DNA of 64,000 nucleotides from an uncultured Pelagibacteraceae bacterium (GTDB lineage Bacteria > Pseudomonadota > Alphaproteobacteria > Pelagibacterales > Pelagibacteraceae). The stretch covers positions 2,055-66,054 of the forward strand of contig CACNYE010000001.1 of assembly GCA_902624515.1 (NCBI GenBank), given 5' to 3'. The position numbers were made by a program, and so were the translations under genes. Shown piece after piece: positions 35,624 through 45,525 of this stretch; position 1 is the stretch's first letter; each line of letters opens with the position of its first letter. The notes below the pieces were generated by a model, which was not told where the DNA came from, did no database searches, and worked only from the letters and a program-made list of their open reading frames with translations.

Positions 35624-36529
35624 CGTGAAAGCTTGAGCAAATTTTTCTGCATCAAATAATTGTAAATCATCTTCTTTTTCACCTAGTCCTAATGCAATAA
35701 TTGGAAGTTTATATTTTTTTGCTAAGGCTAAAAGAATACCACCTTTTGCTGTTCCATCTAATTTTGTCATTATTACACCTGTTATTGGAATAATTTTATT
35801 AAATTCTTCAACTTGATTAATTACATTCTGTCCTGAGGTTGCGTCTAAAACTAAAATGACATTATGAGGAGCATCAGGGTCAATTTTTTTTGTAACATTT
35901 GCTATCTTTTTATACTCTTCCATTAAGTTTTTTTTATTTTGAAGTCTTCCAGCAGTATCAATTAAAACTTGGTTAAAGTTATTTTTTATAGCTTCCTCAA
36001 CTGCCTTATAAGCAACAGATGCCGGATCAGATCCTTGAGATGATTTAGTTATTTGAACGTCAATTTTATTAGCCCAATTTTCTAGCTGTTCAATTGCTGC
36101 AGCACGAAAAGTATCTGAAGCTGCAAACATAACTTTATTTCCATTAGTTTTTAAAATTTTACCAATTTTACCTATAGTAGTTGTTTTACCAACACCATTT
36201 ACACCTGAAATTAAAGTTGCTTTAAGTTTATCGTTCTTTTCAAAAAAGGTATTATTTTCTAAAGGTCTCATTAAAGAAATAATATATTCTTTTAAAATTA
36301 GATTTATTTCGGCTGATAAATCTTTTTTTGGGTCAATTTTTTTAGTTGAAATAATTTCTTTAATTTCAGATGCTGCTTCTACACCCACATCTGACTGAAT
36401 TAGAAATTCTTCTATCTTATCTAAGTTTTTATCGTCTATTTCTTTCTTAATTATTATTTCTTTAATACCTGAGGTGAATGCGGAGGCACTTTTTTTAAAA
36501 CCAACTTTAAATTTATCAAAAATTCCCAT
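35612..36529 (-). CDS. ftsY: Signal recognition particle receptor FtsY (short, NG domain only)
   Basis: Motifs GVNGVGKTTT, DTFRAAA, DTAGRL, TKLDGTAKGG, GEKEDDL. Confidence 0.96.
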   Translation of the reverse strand: MGIFDKFKVGFKKSASAFTSGIKEIIIKKEIDDKNLDKIEEFLIQSDVGVEAASEIKEIISTKKIDPKKDLSAEINLILKEYIISLMRPLENNTFFEKNDKLKATLISGVNGVGKTTTIGKIGKILKTNGNKVMFAASDTFRAAAIEQLENWANKIDVQITKSSQGSDPASVAYKAVEEAIKNNFNQVLIDTAGRLQNKKNLMEEYKKIANVTKKIDPDAPHNVILVLDATSGQNVINQVEEFNKIIPITGVIMTKLDGTAKGGILLALAKKYKLPIIALGLGEKEDDLQLFDAEKFAQAFTLIN

Positions 36530-37353
36530 TACAATTTTATTTCAATTTTTTTTATATCTGAAACGGGACCTTTCATATGAATTGAATTTTTTTCATCAAT
36601 TGAAATTGTTAATTTCCCATTTTCGAATTCTATATCTGTCTTATCACCAGTCAGATCATTTAATTTACTTGCAAAGGCTGTTGCACATGCAGCGGTACCA
36701 CATGCTTTGGTTAAACCTGCTCCTCTTTCCCAGACTTTAACTTTAATAAGACTATTATTGATAATTTGAGCAATTGTGACATTACATTTTTCTGGAAAAA
36801 TTTTATAATTTTCAATGTCAGGACCAATTTTTTTAATATCAAAATTATCAATTTTATTAACAAAAAAAATTATATGTGGATTACCAACATTGACTGCTGT
36901 ACCACCTGAATATTCTTTATTATTTTTGTCATTAATTTTTATATTTAAATTTTTTGTATTTAATTTTTCTGATAAAGGTATTTCGTTCCACTCTGTTTTA
37001 GCTTTACCAATTTCAGTTGTTACAATGTTATTTTCTAATATTTCAGATTTTAAATTTCCTGATAAAGTTTTTAAAACTACACTTTTTATATTTAAATCCT
37101 TTGAAATTAAGTCTGCAACACATCTAGTTCCATTGCCACATGCTCCTGATTGCCCACCATCAGAATTATAAAATTTTAGGTAAGCATCTGCAGATTTATC
37201 TGATTCTATAAATATCAGTTGATCACAACCTATAAAATTTCTGTCACAAATTTTGATTATTTGTTCTTTAGTTAAATCGGTAATCTCTTCTCTATTATCG
37301 ATGATAACAAAATCATTACCTAATCCATCCATTTTAAACGCTTTAATGTCCAT
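36529..37353 (-). CDS. dapF: Diaminopimelate epimerase
   Basis: Motifs KM.GLGNDFV, ACGNGTRC, VGNPH, WERGAGLT.ACGTAAC. Confidence 0.96.
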   Translation of the reverse strand: MDIKAFKMDGLGNDFVIIDNREEITDLTKEQIIKICDRNFIGCDQLIFIESDKSADAYLKFYNSDGGQSGACGNGTRCVADLISKDLNIKSVVLKTLSGNLKSEILENNIVTTEIGKAKTEWNEIPLSEKLNTKNLNIKINDKNNKEYSGGTAVNVGNPHIIFFVNKIDNFDIKKIGPDIENYKIFPEKCNVTIAQIINNSLIKVKVWERGAGLTKACGTAACATAFASKLNDLTGDKTDIEFENGKLTISIDEKNSIHMKGPVSDIKKIEIKL

Positions 37354-37401
37354 ATATAGTTATTTAACTTATTTATTGACTTTTTGAACCTCTATTATAG
37401 T

Positions 37402-37495
37402 TTGTCTCAGTTTCCGCAAAAACGTTAAATTTGCGGTGTCTTTGGAAACAAAGAGATCGACACTAGTCAGCGAGGGTTCGCCCACTAGTGCGATT
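37402..37495 (+). ncRNA. Structured ffh leader RNA (ffh motif)
   Basis: GC-rich hairpins in an AT-rich spacer: CCGCAAA/TTTGCGG, TCTTTG-GAAA-CAAAGA, and CACTAGT...ACTAGTG enclosing GGG-TTCG-CCC. An ffh leader motif is described for Pelagibacter and other Alphaproteobacteria. Confidence 0.75.
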
Positions 37496-37514
37496 ACTAA
37501 TGCGCTTAATAAAT

Positions 37515-38873
37515 ATGTTTGAAAATTTGACAAATAAATTTGAGGAAGTTTTTTCCTCTTTAAAAAAAGCACCATCACTTGATGAAAATCAAGTTGATGA
37601 GGGATTAAAAGGTATAAGACAAGCTTTATTAGAGGCAGATGTATCTCTTGATGTTACTAAAGATTTTATAGAAAAAATTAAACCAAAAGCTCTAGGGCAA
37701 GAAATAATTAGATCAACTTCTCCAGGCGATATGGTTGTAAAGATTGTTTATGATGAATTGGTTAGCTTATTAGGTGAAAAAAATAATGATTTAAATCTTA
37801 ATGCAGTACCACCAGTGCCTATGATGTTGGTTGGATTGCAAGGTTCAGGTAAAACTACTACTACCGCTAAACTTGCGAAATATCTAGAAAATACAAAAAA
37901 AAAGAAAGTAATGATGGTAAGTTTAGATATTTATAGGCCAGCTGCACAAGAGCAATTAAAATCTTTAGGGGAGCAAAATAATATTTTAACTTTACCAACA
38001 ATTGAAGGACAACAACCAGCTGATATTTGTCAAAGAGCGCTAAGTGCTGCTAATTTAAATGGTGCTGATATTATTTTATTTGATACTGCCGGAAGAACAC
38101 AAATAGATTTACAGATGATGAGTGAGATTAAACAAATTGAGAATATAATTAATCCCGCAGAAACTTTTTTAGTTGCAGATTCACTTACTGGGCAAGTTGC
38201 GGCGTCAGTTGCAAAAGAATTTAAAAATACAGTTAATCTATCAGGAATAATACTTACAAGAGCTGATGGTGATGCAAGAGGTGGGGCTGCCGTGAGTATG
38301 AAATTTGTTTCACAAGTTCCAATTAAATTCTTAGGTATAGGTGAAAAAATTGATAATATTGAAGTTTTTCACCCTGATAGAATTGCTAATAGAATTCTTG
38401 GAATGGGAGATATTGTATCTCTCGTTGAAAAAGCAGCTCAAGATTTAGGTGAAGAAAATATTAAAAAAACAGAAGAAAATTTAAAAAAAGGACAATTCTC
38501 AATGCAAGACTACCTAACTCAACTTAGGCAAATGAAAAAAATGGGTGGAATTGAAGGTATTATGTCTTTTATGCCTGGTGTTTCAAAAGTTAAATCACAA
38601 ATGGATGCTGCTGGAATTGACGAAAGTGTGATTACAAAGAATGAAGCTATAATTTTATCAATGACAAAAAAAGAAAGAGAGAACCCAAAAATAATTGATG
38701 GTTCGAGAAAAAAAAGAATTGCTAATGGATCTGGGACTGATCCAGCCACTATCAATAAATTGTTAAAACAATTTAAAATGATGTCTGAAATGATGAAAAA
38801 GATGTCAAAAGGAAATCTGAAAGGTATGTCTGATAAGGGAATACCTCCAGAATTATTTAATCAATTAAAATAA
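37515..38873 (+). CDS. ffh: Signal recognition particle protein Ffh
   Basis: Start MFENL (ATG 37515 preferred over GTG 37488); motifs ALLEADV, GLQGSGKTT, DTAGR, DGDARGG, RILGMGD, M-domain SMT..ER. Confidence 0.97.
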   Translation: MFENLTNKFEEVFSSLKKAPSLDENQVDEGLKGIRQALLEADVSLDVTKDFIEKIKPKALGQEIIRSTSPGDMVVKIVYDELVSLLGEKNNDLNLNAVPPVPMMLVGLQGSGKTTTTAKLAKYLENTKKKKVMMVSLDIYRPAAQEQLKSLGEQNNILTLPTIEGQQPADICQRALSAANLNGADIILFDTAGRTQIDLQMMSEIKQIENIINPAETFLVADSLTGQVAASVAKEFKNTVNLSGIILTRADGDARGGAAVSMKFVSQVPIKFLGIGEKIDNIEVFHPDRIANRILGMGDIVSLVEKAAQDLGEENIKKTEENLKKGQFSMQDYLTQLRQMKKMGGIEGIMSFMPGVSKVKSQMDAAGIDESVITKNEAIILSMTKKERENPKIIDGSRKKRIANGSGTDPATINKLLKQFKMMSEMMKKMSKGNLKGMSDKGIPPELFNQLK

Positions 38874-38888
38874 AAAAAAGGAGAGTAA

Positions 38889-39344
38889 ATGTTAAAATTA
38901 AGATTATCACGAGGCGGTACAAAGAAAAGACCTGTTTACAAAGTTGTCGTTGCCGACAGCCGTTTTGCAAGAGATGGGAGATTTATTGAGAAAGTAGGTT
39001 TTTTTAATCCACTATTGCCAAAAGAAAAAAAAGAAAGAGTTGGATTAGAAGCTGAAAGAATTAAATATTGGTTAGGTCAAGGTGCACAGCCAACAACAAG
39101 AGTAGCTAGAATTTTAGGTGAAAATGAATTGATGCCTATGCCTGCAAATGGAAATAATCCTCAAAAGGCAATTCCGAAAAAGGATAGAAAAAAAGAGGGC
39201 TCTGAAGAAGCTAAAAAAGAAGAGGCTCCTAAAGCAGAAGCAGCACCAGCAGCAGAAGCTAAAAAAGAAGAGGCTCCTAAAGCAGAAGCAGCACCAGCAG
39301 TTGAAGCTAAAAAAGAAGAAGCTCCTAAAGAGGAAAAAAAATAG
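38889..39344 (+). CDS. rpsP: 30S ribosomal protein bS16 with Ala/Glu/Lys/Pro-rich C-terminal extension
   Basis: [36 protein letters not shown]; GGAGAG ribosome-binding site. Confidence 0.97.
   Translation: MLKLRLSRGGTKKRPVYKVVVADSRFARDGRFIEKVGFFNPLLPKEKKERVGLEAERIKYWLGQGAQPTTRVARILGENELMPMPANGNNPQKAIPKKDRKKEGSEEAKKEEAPKAEAAPAAEAKKEEAPKAEAAPAVEAKKEEAPKEEKK
39207..39329 (+). repeat. 48-bp tandem repeat (about 2.5 copies) encoding [15 protein letters not shown][A/V]
   Basis: Units 39207-39254 and 39255-39302, partial copy 39303-39329. Confidence 0.92.
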
Positions 39345-39358
39345 TATAAAGTTTGTAT

Positions 39359-40045
39359 ATGTTTCAAGCTCAAGTATTCACTCTTTATCCGGAAGTTTTT
39401 CCCGGACCATTATCTAGAGGTCTTTATGGAAAGGCTTTGTCTAATAAATTGTGGGACTTAAATGTAATCAACATTAGAGATGCGGCCACTGATAAACATA
39501 AAACAGTTGATGACACTCCTTACGGAGGGGGTACAGGAATGTTACTAAAGGCTGACGTTTTAGCAAATGCACTTGATCAAAATGTTAAAAAAGCAGAAAG
39601 AGTTTTTTATCTTTCACCCAAAGGTAAAAAATTTGATCAAAAACTTGCACAAGATCTGTCTAAAGAAAAATCTATATCTTTAATATGTGGTCATTTTGAA
39701 GGAGTGGATGAGAGAGTTTTAACTACAAGAAATATTGAAGAAATTAGTATAGGAGATTATGTTTTATCTGGAGGTGAAACTGCTGCACTAGTGGTGCTTG
39801 ATAGTATTCTAAGACTTTTGCCTGGGGTTTTAGGAAATGATAAATCTTCACTTGATGAGACCTTTGAAAATGGTCTTTTAGAGTATCCTCAATACACAAA
39901 ACCTCAAATATGGGAGGAAAAATCAGTACCTGAGGTACTATTATCAGGAGATCATGGTAAAATTAAAGACTGGCGTTTATCTCAATCTGAGGCTATAACA
40001 CGCGACCGAAGACCAGATTTGTGGCAAAAATATAAGAAAAACTAA
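39359..40045 (+). CDS. trmD: tRNA (guanine37-N1)-methyltransferase
   Basis: Motifs [47 protein letters not shown]; ATG 39359 chosen. Confidence 0.97.
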   Translation: MFQAQVFTLYPEVFPGPLSRGLYGKALSNKLWDLNVINIRDAATDKHKTVDDTPYGGGTGMLLKADVLANALDQNVKKAERVFYLSPKGKKFDQKLAQDLSKEKSISLICGHFEGVDERVLTTRNIEEISIGDYVLSGGETAALVVLDSILRLLPGVLGNDKSSLDETFENGLLEYPQYTKPQIWEEKSVPEVLLSGDHGKIKDWRLSQSEAITRDRRPDLWQKYKKN

Positions 40046-40061
40046 TTTGTTAAAAATTAAT

Positions 40062-40613
40062 ATGAAAACTATAGAAGAAATAAACCAACACAATGTTAAA
40101 AAAATTCTTTCAGAAAAGAAAATACCTGATTTTTTTCCTGGAGATGTAGTAAAAGTTGGTGTCAGAATTACAGAAGGTAAAAAAGAGAGAATTCAGTATT
40201 TCGAGGGTGTTTGTATTGCTAAAAAAAGTAGAGATTTAAACTCATCTTTTACTGTAAGAAAAATATCTTTTGGAGAAGGAGTTGAACGAACTTTTCCGTT
40301 GTATGGAACAGTAATTGATACAATAAAAGTAATTCGTTCAGGAAAAGTTAGAAGAGCAAAACTTTATTATTTAAGAGACAGAACTGGTAAATCTGCAAGA
40401 ATTGCAGAAAAAATTAGAAAAAAAATTGGAATTGATATTGATGTTAAACCTGAGACTGTGACACAGGAAAATTTAGCTCCAGTGACAGAGGCCAAAAAAG
40501 AAGAAGCTCCTAAGGCAGAAGCAGCACCAGCAGCAGAAGCTAAAAAAGAAGAGGCTCCTATGGCCGAAACTAAGACAGAAAAAAAACTTGAAAATACACC
40601 AGAAAAAAAATAA
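40062..40613 (+). CDS. rplS: 50S ribosomal protein bL19 with C-terminal extension
   Basis: Motifs [48 protein letters not shown]; ATG 40062 chosen. Confidence 0.97.
   Translation: MKTIEEINQHNVKKILSEKKIPDFFPGDVVKVGVRITEGKKERIQYFEGVCIAKKSRDLNSSFTVRKISFGEGVERTFPLYGTVIDTIKVIRSGKVRRAKLYYLRDRTGKSARIAEKIRKKIGIDIDVKPETVTQENLAPVTEAKKEEAPKAEAAPAAEAKKEEAPMAETKTEKKLENTPEKK
40488..40560 (+). repeat. 1.5 copies of the same 48-bp unit found in the rpsP tail
   Basis: 40515-40560 is identical over 46 nt to 39234-39279. Confidence 0.9.
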
Positions 40614-40624
40614 TTTTTTTTTCA

Positions 40625-42028
40625 ATGCCCAACACTCTTTACGATAAAATTTGGAAAGATCACTTAGTAGATCAACAAGATGATGGAACTGCTTTACTTT
40701 TTGTTGATAGGCATTTGGTTCATGAAGTTACTAGTCCTCAAGCATTTGAAGGACTAAGAAGTTCAAATCGAAAGGTCAGACATCCTAATTTAACTCTTGC
40801 TGTGGCAGATCATAACGTTCCTACAACAGATAGGTCAAAAGGAATTTCTGATCAAGAATCAAAAATTCAAGTTGAGACTTTAGAGGCTAATTGTAGAGAA
40901 TTTGGTGTTCAACTCTTTGGGATGGGTGATAAGAGACAAGGTATTGTTCATGTTACTGGTCCAGAACAGGGTTTTACTCAACCGGGCACAGTAATAGTCT
41001 GTGGTGATAGTCATACAGCTACTCACGGTGCTTTTGGTGCATTAGCATTTGGAATTGGAACTTCAGAAGTAGAACATGTTTTAGCAACGCAAACATTAGT
41101 TCAGAAAAAAGCTAAAAATTTTAGAATAAATGTTGATGGTAAACTTCCATTAGGTGTTACATCAAAAGATGTAATTCTTCAAATTATTGGAAAAATTGGT
41201 ACTGCAGGTGGAACAGGTTGTGTAATAGAGTATGCTGGTAACTTAATTAGATCATTAAGTGTTGAGCAGAGAATGACTATCTGTAATATGACAATTGAGG
41301 GAGGTGCGAGAGCAGGATTGATAGCTCCTGATGAAAAAATTTTTAAATATTTAGAGGGAAGACCAATGTCACCTAAAGGAAAAGATTGGGACAAAGCTTT
41401 AGAGTATTGGAAAAATTTAAGAACTGATGAGGGTGCTAAATTTGATAAAGAGATAAATTTAAAAGCAGAAGAGATTTTACCTATGATAACCTGGGGCACT
41501 TCTCCTCAGGATGTAATTACAATTGATGAGAAAGTACCAAATCCACAAAATGAAAAAGATGAAGATAAAAAAAACTCCTTGGAAAGAGCTCTTAATTATA
41601 TGGGTTTAAAGCCAAATATGGCAGCTAAAGATATTAAGATAGATAAAGTTTTTATTGGAAGCTGTACGAATGGTAGAATAGAAGATTTAAGAGAAGCCGC
41701 AAAAATTTTAAAAGATAAAAAGATAGCTTCTCATGTCCAAGCAATGGTCGTACCCGGATCAGGATTAGTGAAAGAACAAGCAGAACAAGAAGGATTAGAT
41801 AAAATTTTTGTAAATTCAGGTTTTGAATGGCGTGAACCAGGTTGTTCAATGTGTTTAGCAATGAATGCAGATAAACTTAAGCCTGAAGAGAGATGTGCCT
41901 CTACATCAAATAGAAATTTTGAAGGAAGACAAGGCAGAGGTGGAAGAACTCATTTAGTAAGTCCAGGTATGGCAGCTGCAGCTGCAATATCCGGAAGCCT
42001 TGATGATGTAAGAAAGTATCAAAATTAA
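40625..42028 (+). CDS. leuC: 3-isopropylmalate dehydratase large subunit
   Basis: Motifs [47 protein letters not shown]. Confidence 0.97.
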   Translation: MPNTLYDKIWKDHLVDQQDDGTALLFVDRHLVHEVTSPQAFEGLRSSNRKVRHPNLTLAVADHNVPTTDRSKGISDQESKIQVETLEANCREFGVQLFGMGDKRQGIVHVTGPEQGFTQPGTVIVCGDSHTATHGAFGALAFGIGTSEVEHVLATQTLVQKKAKNFRINVDGKLPLGVTSKDVILQIIGKIGTAGGTGCVIEYAGNLIRSLSVEQRMTICNMTIEGGARAGLIAPDEKIFKYLEGRPMSPKGKDWDKALEYWKNLRTDEGAKFDKEINLKAEEILPMITWGTSPQDVITIDEKVPNPQNEKDEDKKNSLERALNYMGLKPNMAAKDIKIDKVFIGSCTNGRIEDLREAAKILKDKKIASHVQAMVVPGSGLVKEQAEQEGLDKIFVNSGFEWREPGCSMCLAMNADKLKPEERCASTSNRNFEGRQGRGGRTHLVSPGMAAAAAISGSLDDVRKYQN

Positions 42029-42029
42029 T

Positions 42030-42635
42030 ATGCAAAAATTCAATACATTAAAGAGTATACCAGCTTACTTACCAATAGTGAATATTGATACGGATATGAT
42101 AATTCCAAAACAATTTTTAAAAACAATAAAAAGAACAGGCTTAGGTAAAAATTTATTTTTTGAGATGAGATATGATGATAAAGGAAAGGAAATTAATGAT
42201 TTTGTTTTGAACCGAAATCCTTTCAATAATTCAAAAATTTTAATTGCGGGTAAAAATTTTGGGTGTGGTTCTTCAAGAGAACATGCTCCATGGGCGTTAT
42301 TAGATTTTGGTATTACGTGTGTGATCAGTTCTAGTTTTGCAGATATTTTTTATAACAATTGCTTTAAAAATGGAATTTTACCAATTGTTCTTGAAGATGA
42401 AAAAATTAGAGAACTATCAGAATATGCAAAAAGAAAAGAAGAAATTTCTATCGATCTAAATGAAGAAAAAATTATTTTTGGTAACAGTGAGACAAAGTTT
42501 AAAGTAGATTCATTTAAGAAAAAGTGTTTATTAGAAGGCTTAGACGATATAGCGCTATCTCTCAAAAAATCAGATAAAATCGAAAATTTTGAAAAAGATT
42601 TAAAAGTTAAAAAACCATGGATATTTAATGATTAA
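42030..42635 (+). CDS. leuD: 3-isopropylmalate dehydratase small subunit
   Basis: Motifs [32 protein letters not shown]. Confidence 0.97.
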   Translation: MQKFNTLKSIPAYLPIVNIDTDMIIPKQFLKTIKRTGLGKNLFFEMRYDDKGKEINDFVLNRNPFNNSKILIAGKNFGCGSSREHAPWALLDFGITCVISSSFADIFYNNCFKNGILPIVLEDEKIRELSEYAKRKEEISIDLNEEKIIFGNSETKFKVDSFKKKCLLEGLDDIALSLKKSDKIENFEKDLKVKKPWIFND

Positions 42636-43734
42636 AGTTAAGAAACGAAAAATACTTTTGCTACCTGGGGATGGAATTGGTCCAGAGGTTATTAGTGAAG
42701 TAAGAAGAATCATTAATTGGTTTAATGAAAAAAAATCTCTTGATTTTGAAATTGATGAAGATCTTGCAGGAGGTTGTTCTTATGATAAACATGGGACACC
42801 AATCACGGATGAAGTATTTTATAAAGCTTTAGAAAGTGCAGTTGTTATGTTGGGTGCAGTCGGGGGTCCAAAATGGGATAGTGTTGAATTTTCAAAAAAA
42901 CCTGAGAGAGCTTTATTAAAACTTAGAAAAGAATTAAAACTATTTGCTAATTTAAGACCAGCAATATGTTTTGAACAGTTAGTTGATGCATCAACATTAA
43001 AACCAGAAATAGTTTCTGGTTTAGATATAATGATAGTTCGAGAGCTAACAGGAGGGATATATTTTGGTGAACCAAGAGGTATCAAGCCTATTGAAAATGG
43101 TGAGAGAAAAGGAATTAATACTCATACTTACACTAGTAGTGAAATAATTAGGGTTGCTAGAATCGCTTTTGATTTAGCTAAAAAGAGATCAAATAAAGTT
43201 ACTTCTTGTGAAAAATCAAATGTTATGGAAGCAGGTCAACTTTGGAAAGAGGAAGTTCAAACATTACATGATAAAGAATATAAAGATGTTGAATTAAGTC
43301 ATATGCTTGCTGATAATTGCTCTATGCAATTATTAAGAAACCCAAAACAATTTGATGTAATAGTAACTGACAATTTATTTGGAGATATGTTGTCAGACCA
43401 AGCTTCTATGTTAACAGGATCCCTAGGTTTATTGCCTTCAGCATCTTTAGGGGCTAAAAATAAAGACGGTGAAATGAGGGCAATGTATGAACCCATTCAT
43501 GGATCGGCTCCTGATATAGCTGGTAAAGGTATAGCCAATCCGATAGCAACAATTCTAAGTTTTGCTATGGCTTTAAGATATTCATTAGATTTAGATAAAG
43601 AGGCAGAGTTACTAGAAAAAGCTGTGCAAGACGTACTTAATGATGGATTAAGAACAAAAGACATTTTGTCAGATGGAATGAAAGAAGTATCAACATCTCA
43701 AATGGGTGATGCGATAATTTCAAAATTGCAATAA
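42628..43734 (+). CDS. leuB: 3-isopropylmalate dehydrogenase
   Basis: Motifs [48 protein letters not shown]. Confidence 0.97.
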   Translation: MIKVKKRKILLLPGDGIGPEVISEVRRIINWFNEKKSLDFEIDEDLAGGCSYDKHGTPITDEVFYKALESAVVMLGAVGGPKWDSVEFSKKPERALLKLRKELKLFANLRPAICFEQLVDASTLKPEIVSGLDIMIVRELTGGIYFGEPRGIKPIENGERKGINTHTYTSSEIIRVARIAFDLAKKRSNKVTSCEKSNVMEAGQLWKEEVQTLHDKEYKDVELSHMLADNCSMQLLRNPKQFDVIVTDNLFGDMLSDQASMLTGSLGLLPSASLGAKNKDGEMRAMYEPIHGSAPDIAGKGIANPIATILSFAMALRYSLDLDKEAELLEKAVQDVLNDGLRTKDILSDGMKEVSTSQMGDAIISKLQ

Positions 43735-43760
43735 TCGATTAATTATTTTAAACTAAACAT

Positions 43761-45524
43761 ATGCCAAGCTATACCGCTCCCGTAGAAGATATGATGTTTC
43801 TTTTTGATAAGTTAAGAAACAACAAAAATTATAATGAATTAGAAAAATATAAAGAGGTAAGTTCAGACCTAGTCAAAGATATTTTACAGGAGGCAGCTAA
43901 AATAAATCAAAATCTCATTTTACCGCTTGCAAAAGCTGGTGATGAAAATCCAGCAGTTTTAGAAAATGGAGTTGTTCGAACTCCTCCTGGATATAAAGAA
44001 GCTTACAAAAAATACATAGAGGATGGGTGGACATCTTTATCTTGTGATCCAAAGTATGGAGGACAAGGTATGCCAAAAACAGTAAGTGCATTTTTCGATG
44101 AAATGTTATCTTCTGCTAGCTTATCTTTTAAACTTTATAGTGAACTAAGTATTGGTGCTTATAATTGTATAAATCACCATGCCACAGATGATATCAAGAA
44201 TAAATATTTACCAAAAATAGTCGAGGGAAAATGGAGTGGTACTATGTGCTTAACTGAACCAGTTTGTGGAACTGATTTAGGGTTACTTAAAACAAAAGCA
44301 AAAAAACAACCTGATGGAACTTATAAATTAACTGGACAAAAAATTTTTATTACCTCAGGAGATCATGATCTTACTGAAAATATTATTCATTTAGTTTTAG
44401 CTAGAGTTGATGATTCTCCAGCTGGAACAAAGGGGATAAGTTTATTTTTAGTACCTAAATTTATTGTTAAAGATGATGGAACCATAGGACCTAGAAATGG
44501 AATATCAACAGGATCTATAGAAACTAAGATGGGTATAAAAGGATCAGCCACCTGTGTCTTAAATTTTGATGAAGCGTCTGGATATATGATTGGAGCTAAA
44601 GAAAAAGGCTTAAGTGCAATGTTTACGATGATGAATCTTGAAAGAATAGTTGTTGGTATTCAAGGTTTAGGCATTTCAGAAATTGCTTATCAAAATTCTC
44701 TGTCTTACGCAAAAGAGAGAAAGCAAGGAAAAACAAATAATTCAAAATCTAAAAACGGAGCCGATTTTATCATTGAGCATGCAGATATTAGAAGAACATT
44801 ATTAAATATGAAATCAATTATTGAGGGTGAAAGAGCTTTATGTTTTTGGCTATCACAACAGACTGAAGTTAGTATGTATCACCCAGACGAAAAAGTTCGT
44901 CAAGAGGCATCCGATTATGTATCTTTGATGACACCTGTCGTTAAATCATTATTTACAGATCTTGCAATGGAAATTACTAGTGATGCAATGCAAATTCATG
45001 GAGGCTATGGGTATACAAAAGATCAAGGTATAGAACAGTTGTATAGAGACAACAGAATTACACCTATATATGAAGGAACCAATTCAGTACAGGCAGCTGA
45101 TCTAGTTTTCAGAAAATTGTCAAATAAAAATGGAAGTATAATAAATAAATTTTTGGACCAGGTTAAATCTGAATGTAATTCTGGTAATGATAAAATAAAA
45201 CCATTTCTATCAGAATTTAATAATCATCTTAATATACTAAAAAAATTTAGTGATTGGATGATGGATAAGGCAAAAACAAATAAAGATGATGTAAGTGCAG
45301 CAGCAAATGACTATTTAAGAACATTAGGCTATGTTTCTATTGCATATGCATGGATCAAAGTTTTAGAGGTAAGTTTTAAAGATTATAATGAAAATAAGAA
45401 TTTTTATGATGATAAAATAGATACAGCAAGATTTTACTTTGATAAAGTTCTGCCAAGAGCAGAACAACATTATAAAACAGCTATCTCTGGTAGTTCTAAT
45501 TTAATGAATTTCAAATTTAATTAA
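43761..45524 (+). CDS. dmdC: Acyl-CoA dehydrogenase, probably 3-methylmercaptopropionyl-CoA dehydrogenase
   Basis: Motifs GTMCLTEP, KIFITSG, KMGIKGS.T, MMNLER, HGGYGY, IYEGTN; clustered with dmdA and dmdB. Confidence 0.8.
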   Translation: MPSYTAPVEDMMFLFDKLRNNKNYNELEKYKEVSSDLVKDILQEAAKINQNLILPLAKAGDENPAVLENGVVRTPPGYKEAYKKYIEDGWTSLSCDPKYGGQGMPKTVSAFFDEMLSSASLSFKLYSELSIGAYNCINHHATDDIKNKYLPKIVEGKWSGTMCLTEPVCGTDLGLLKTKAKKQPDGTYKLTGQKIFITSGDHDLTENIIHLVLARVDDSPAGTKGISLFLVPKFIVKDDGTIGPRNGISTGSIETKMGIKGSATCVLNFDEASGYMIGAKEKGLSAMFTMMNLERIVVGIQGLGISEIAYQNSLSYAKERKQGKTNNSKSKNGADFIIEHADIRRTLLNMKSIIEGERALCFWLSQQTEVSMYHPDEKVRQEASDYVSLMTPVVKSLFTDLAMEITSDAMQIHGGYGYTKDQGIEQLYRDNRITPIYEGTNSVQAADLVFRKLSNKNGSIINKFLDQVKSECNSGNDKIKPFLSEFNNHLNILKKFSDWMMDKAKTNKDDVSAAANDYLRTLGYVSIAYAWIKVLEVSFKDYNENKNFYDDKIDTARFYFDKVLPRAEQHYKTAISGSSNLMNFKFN

Positions 45525-45525
45525 A

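Noticed and set aside
37369-37578. 69-aa minus-strand ORF over the ffh leader
   Set aside because: It overlaps the ffh start and the structured RNA; better explained as chance.
39207-39329. CRISPR-like array
   Set aside because: The repeats are contiguous, in-frame coding units with no spacers and no cas genes.
39148-39417. K/Q-rich alternate-frame ORF and A/S-rich antisense ORF at the rpsP tail
   Set aside because: By-products of the stop-free 48-bp repeat.
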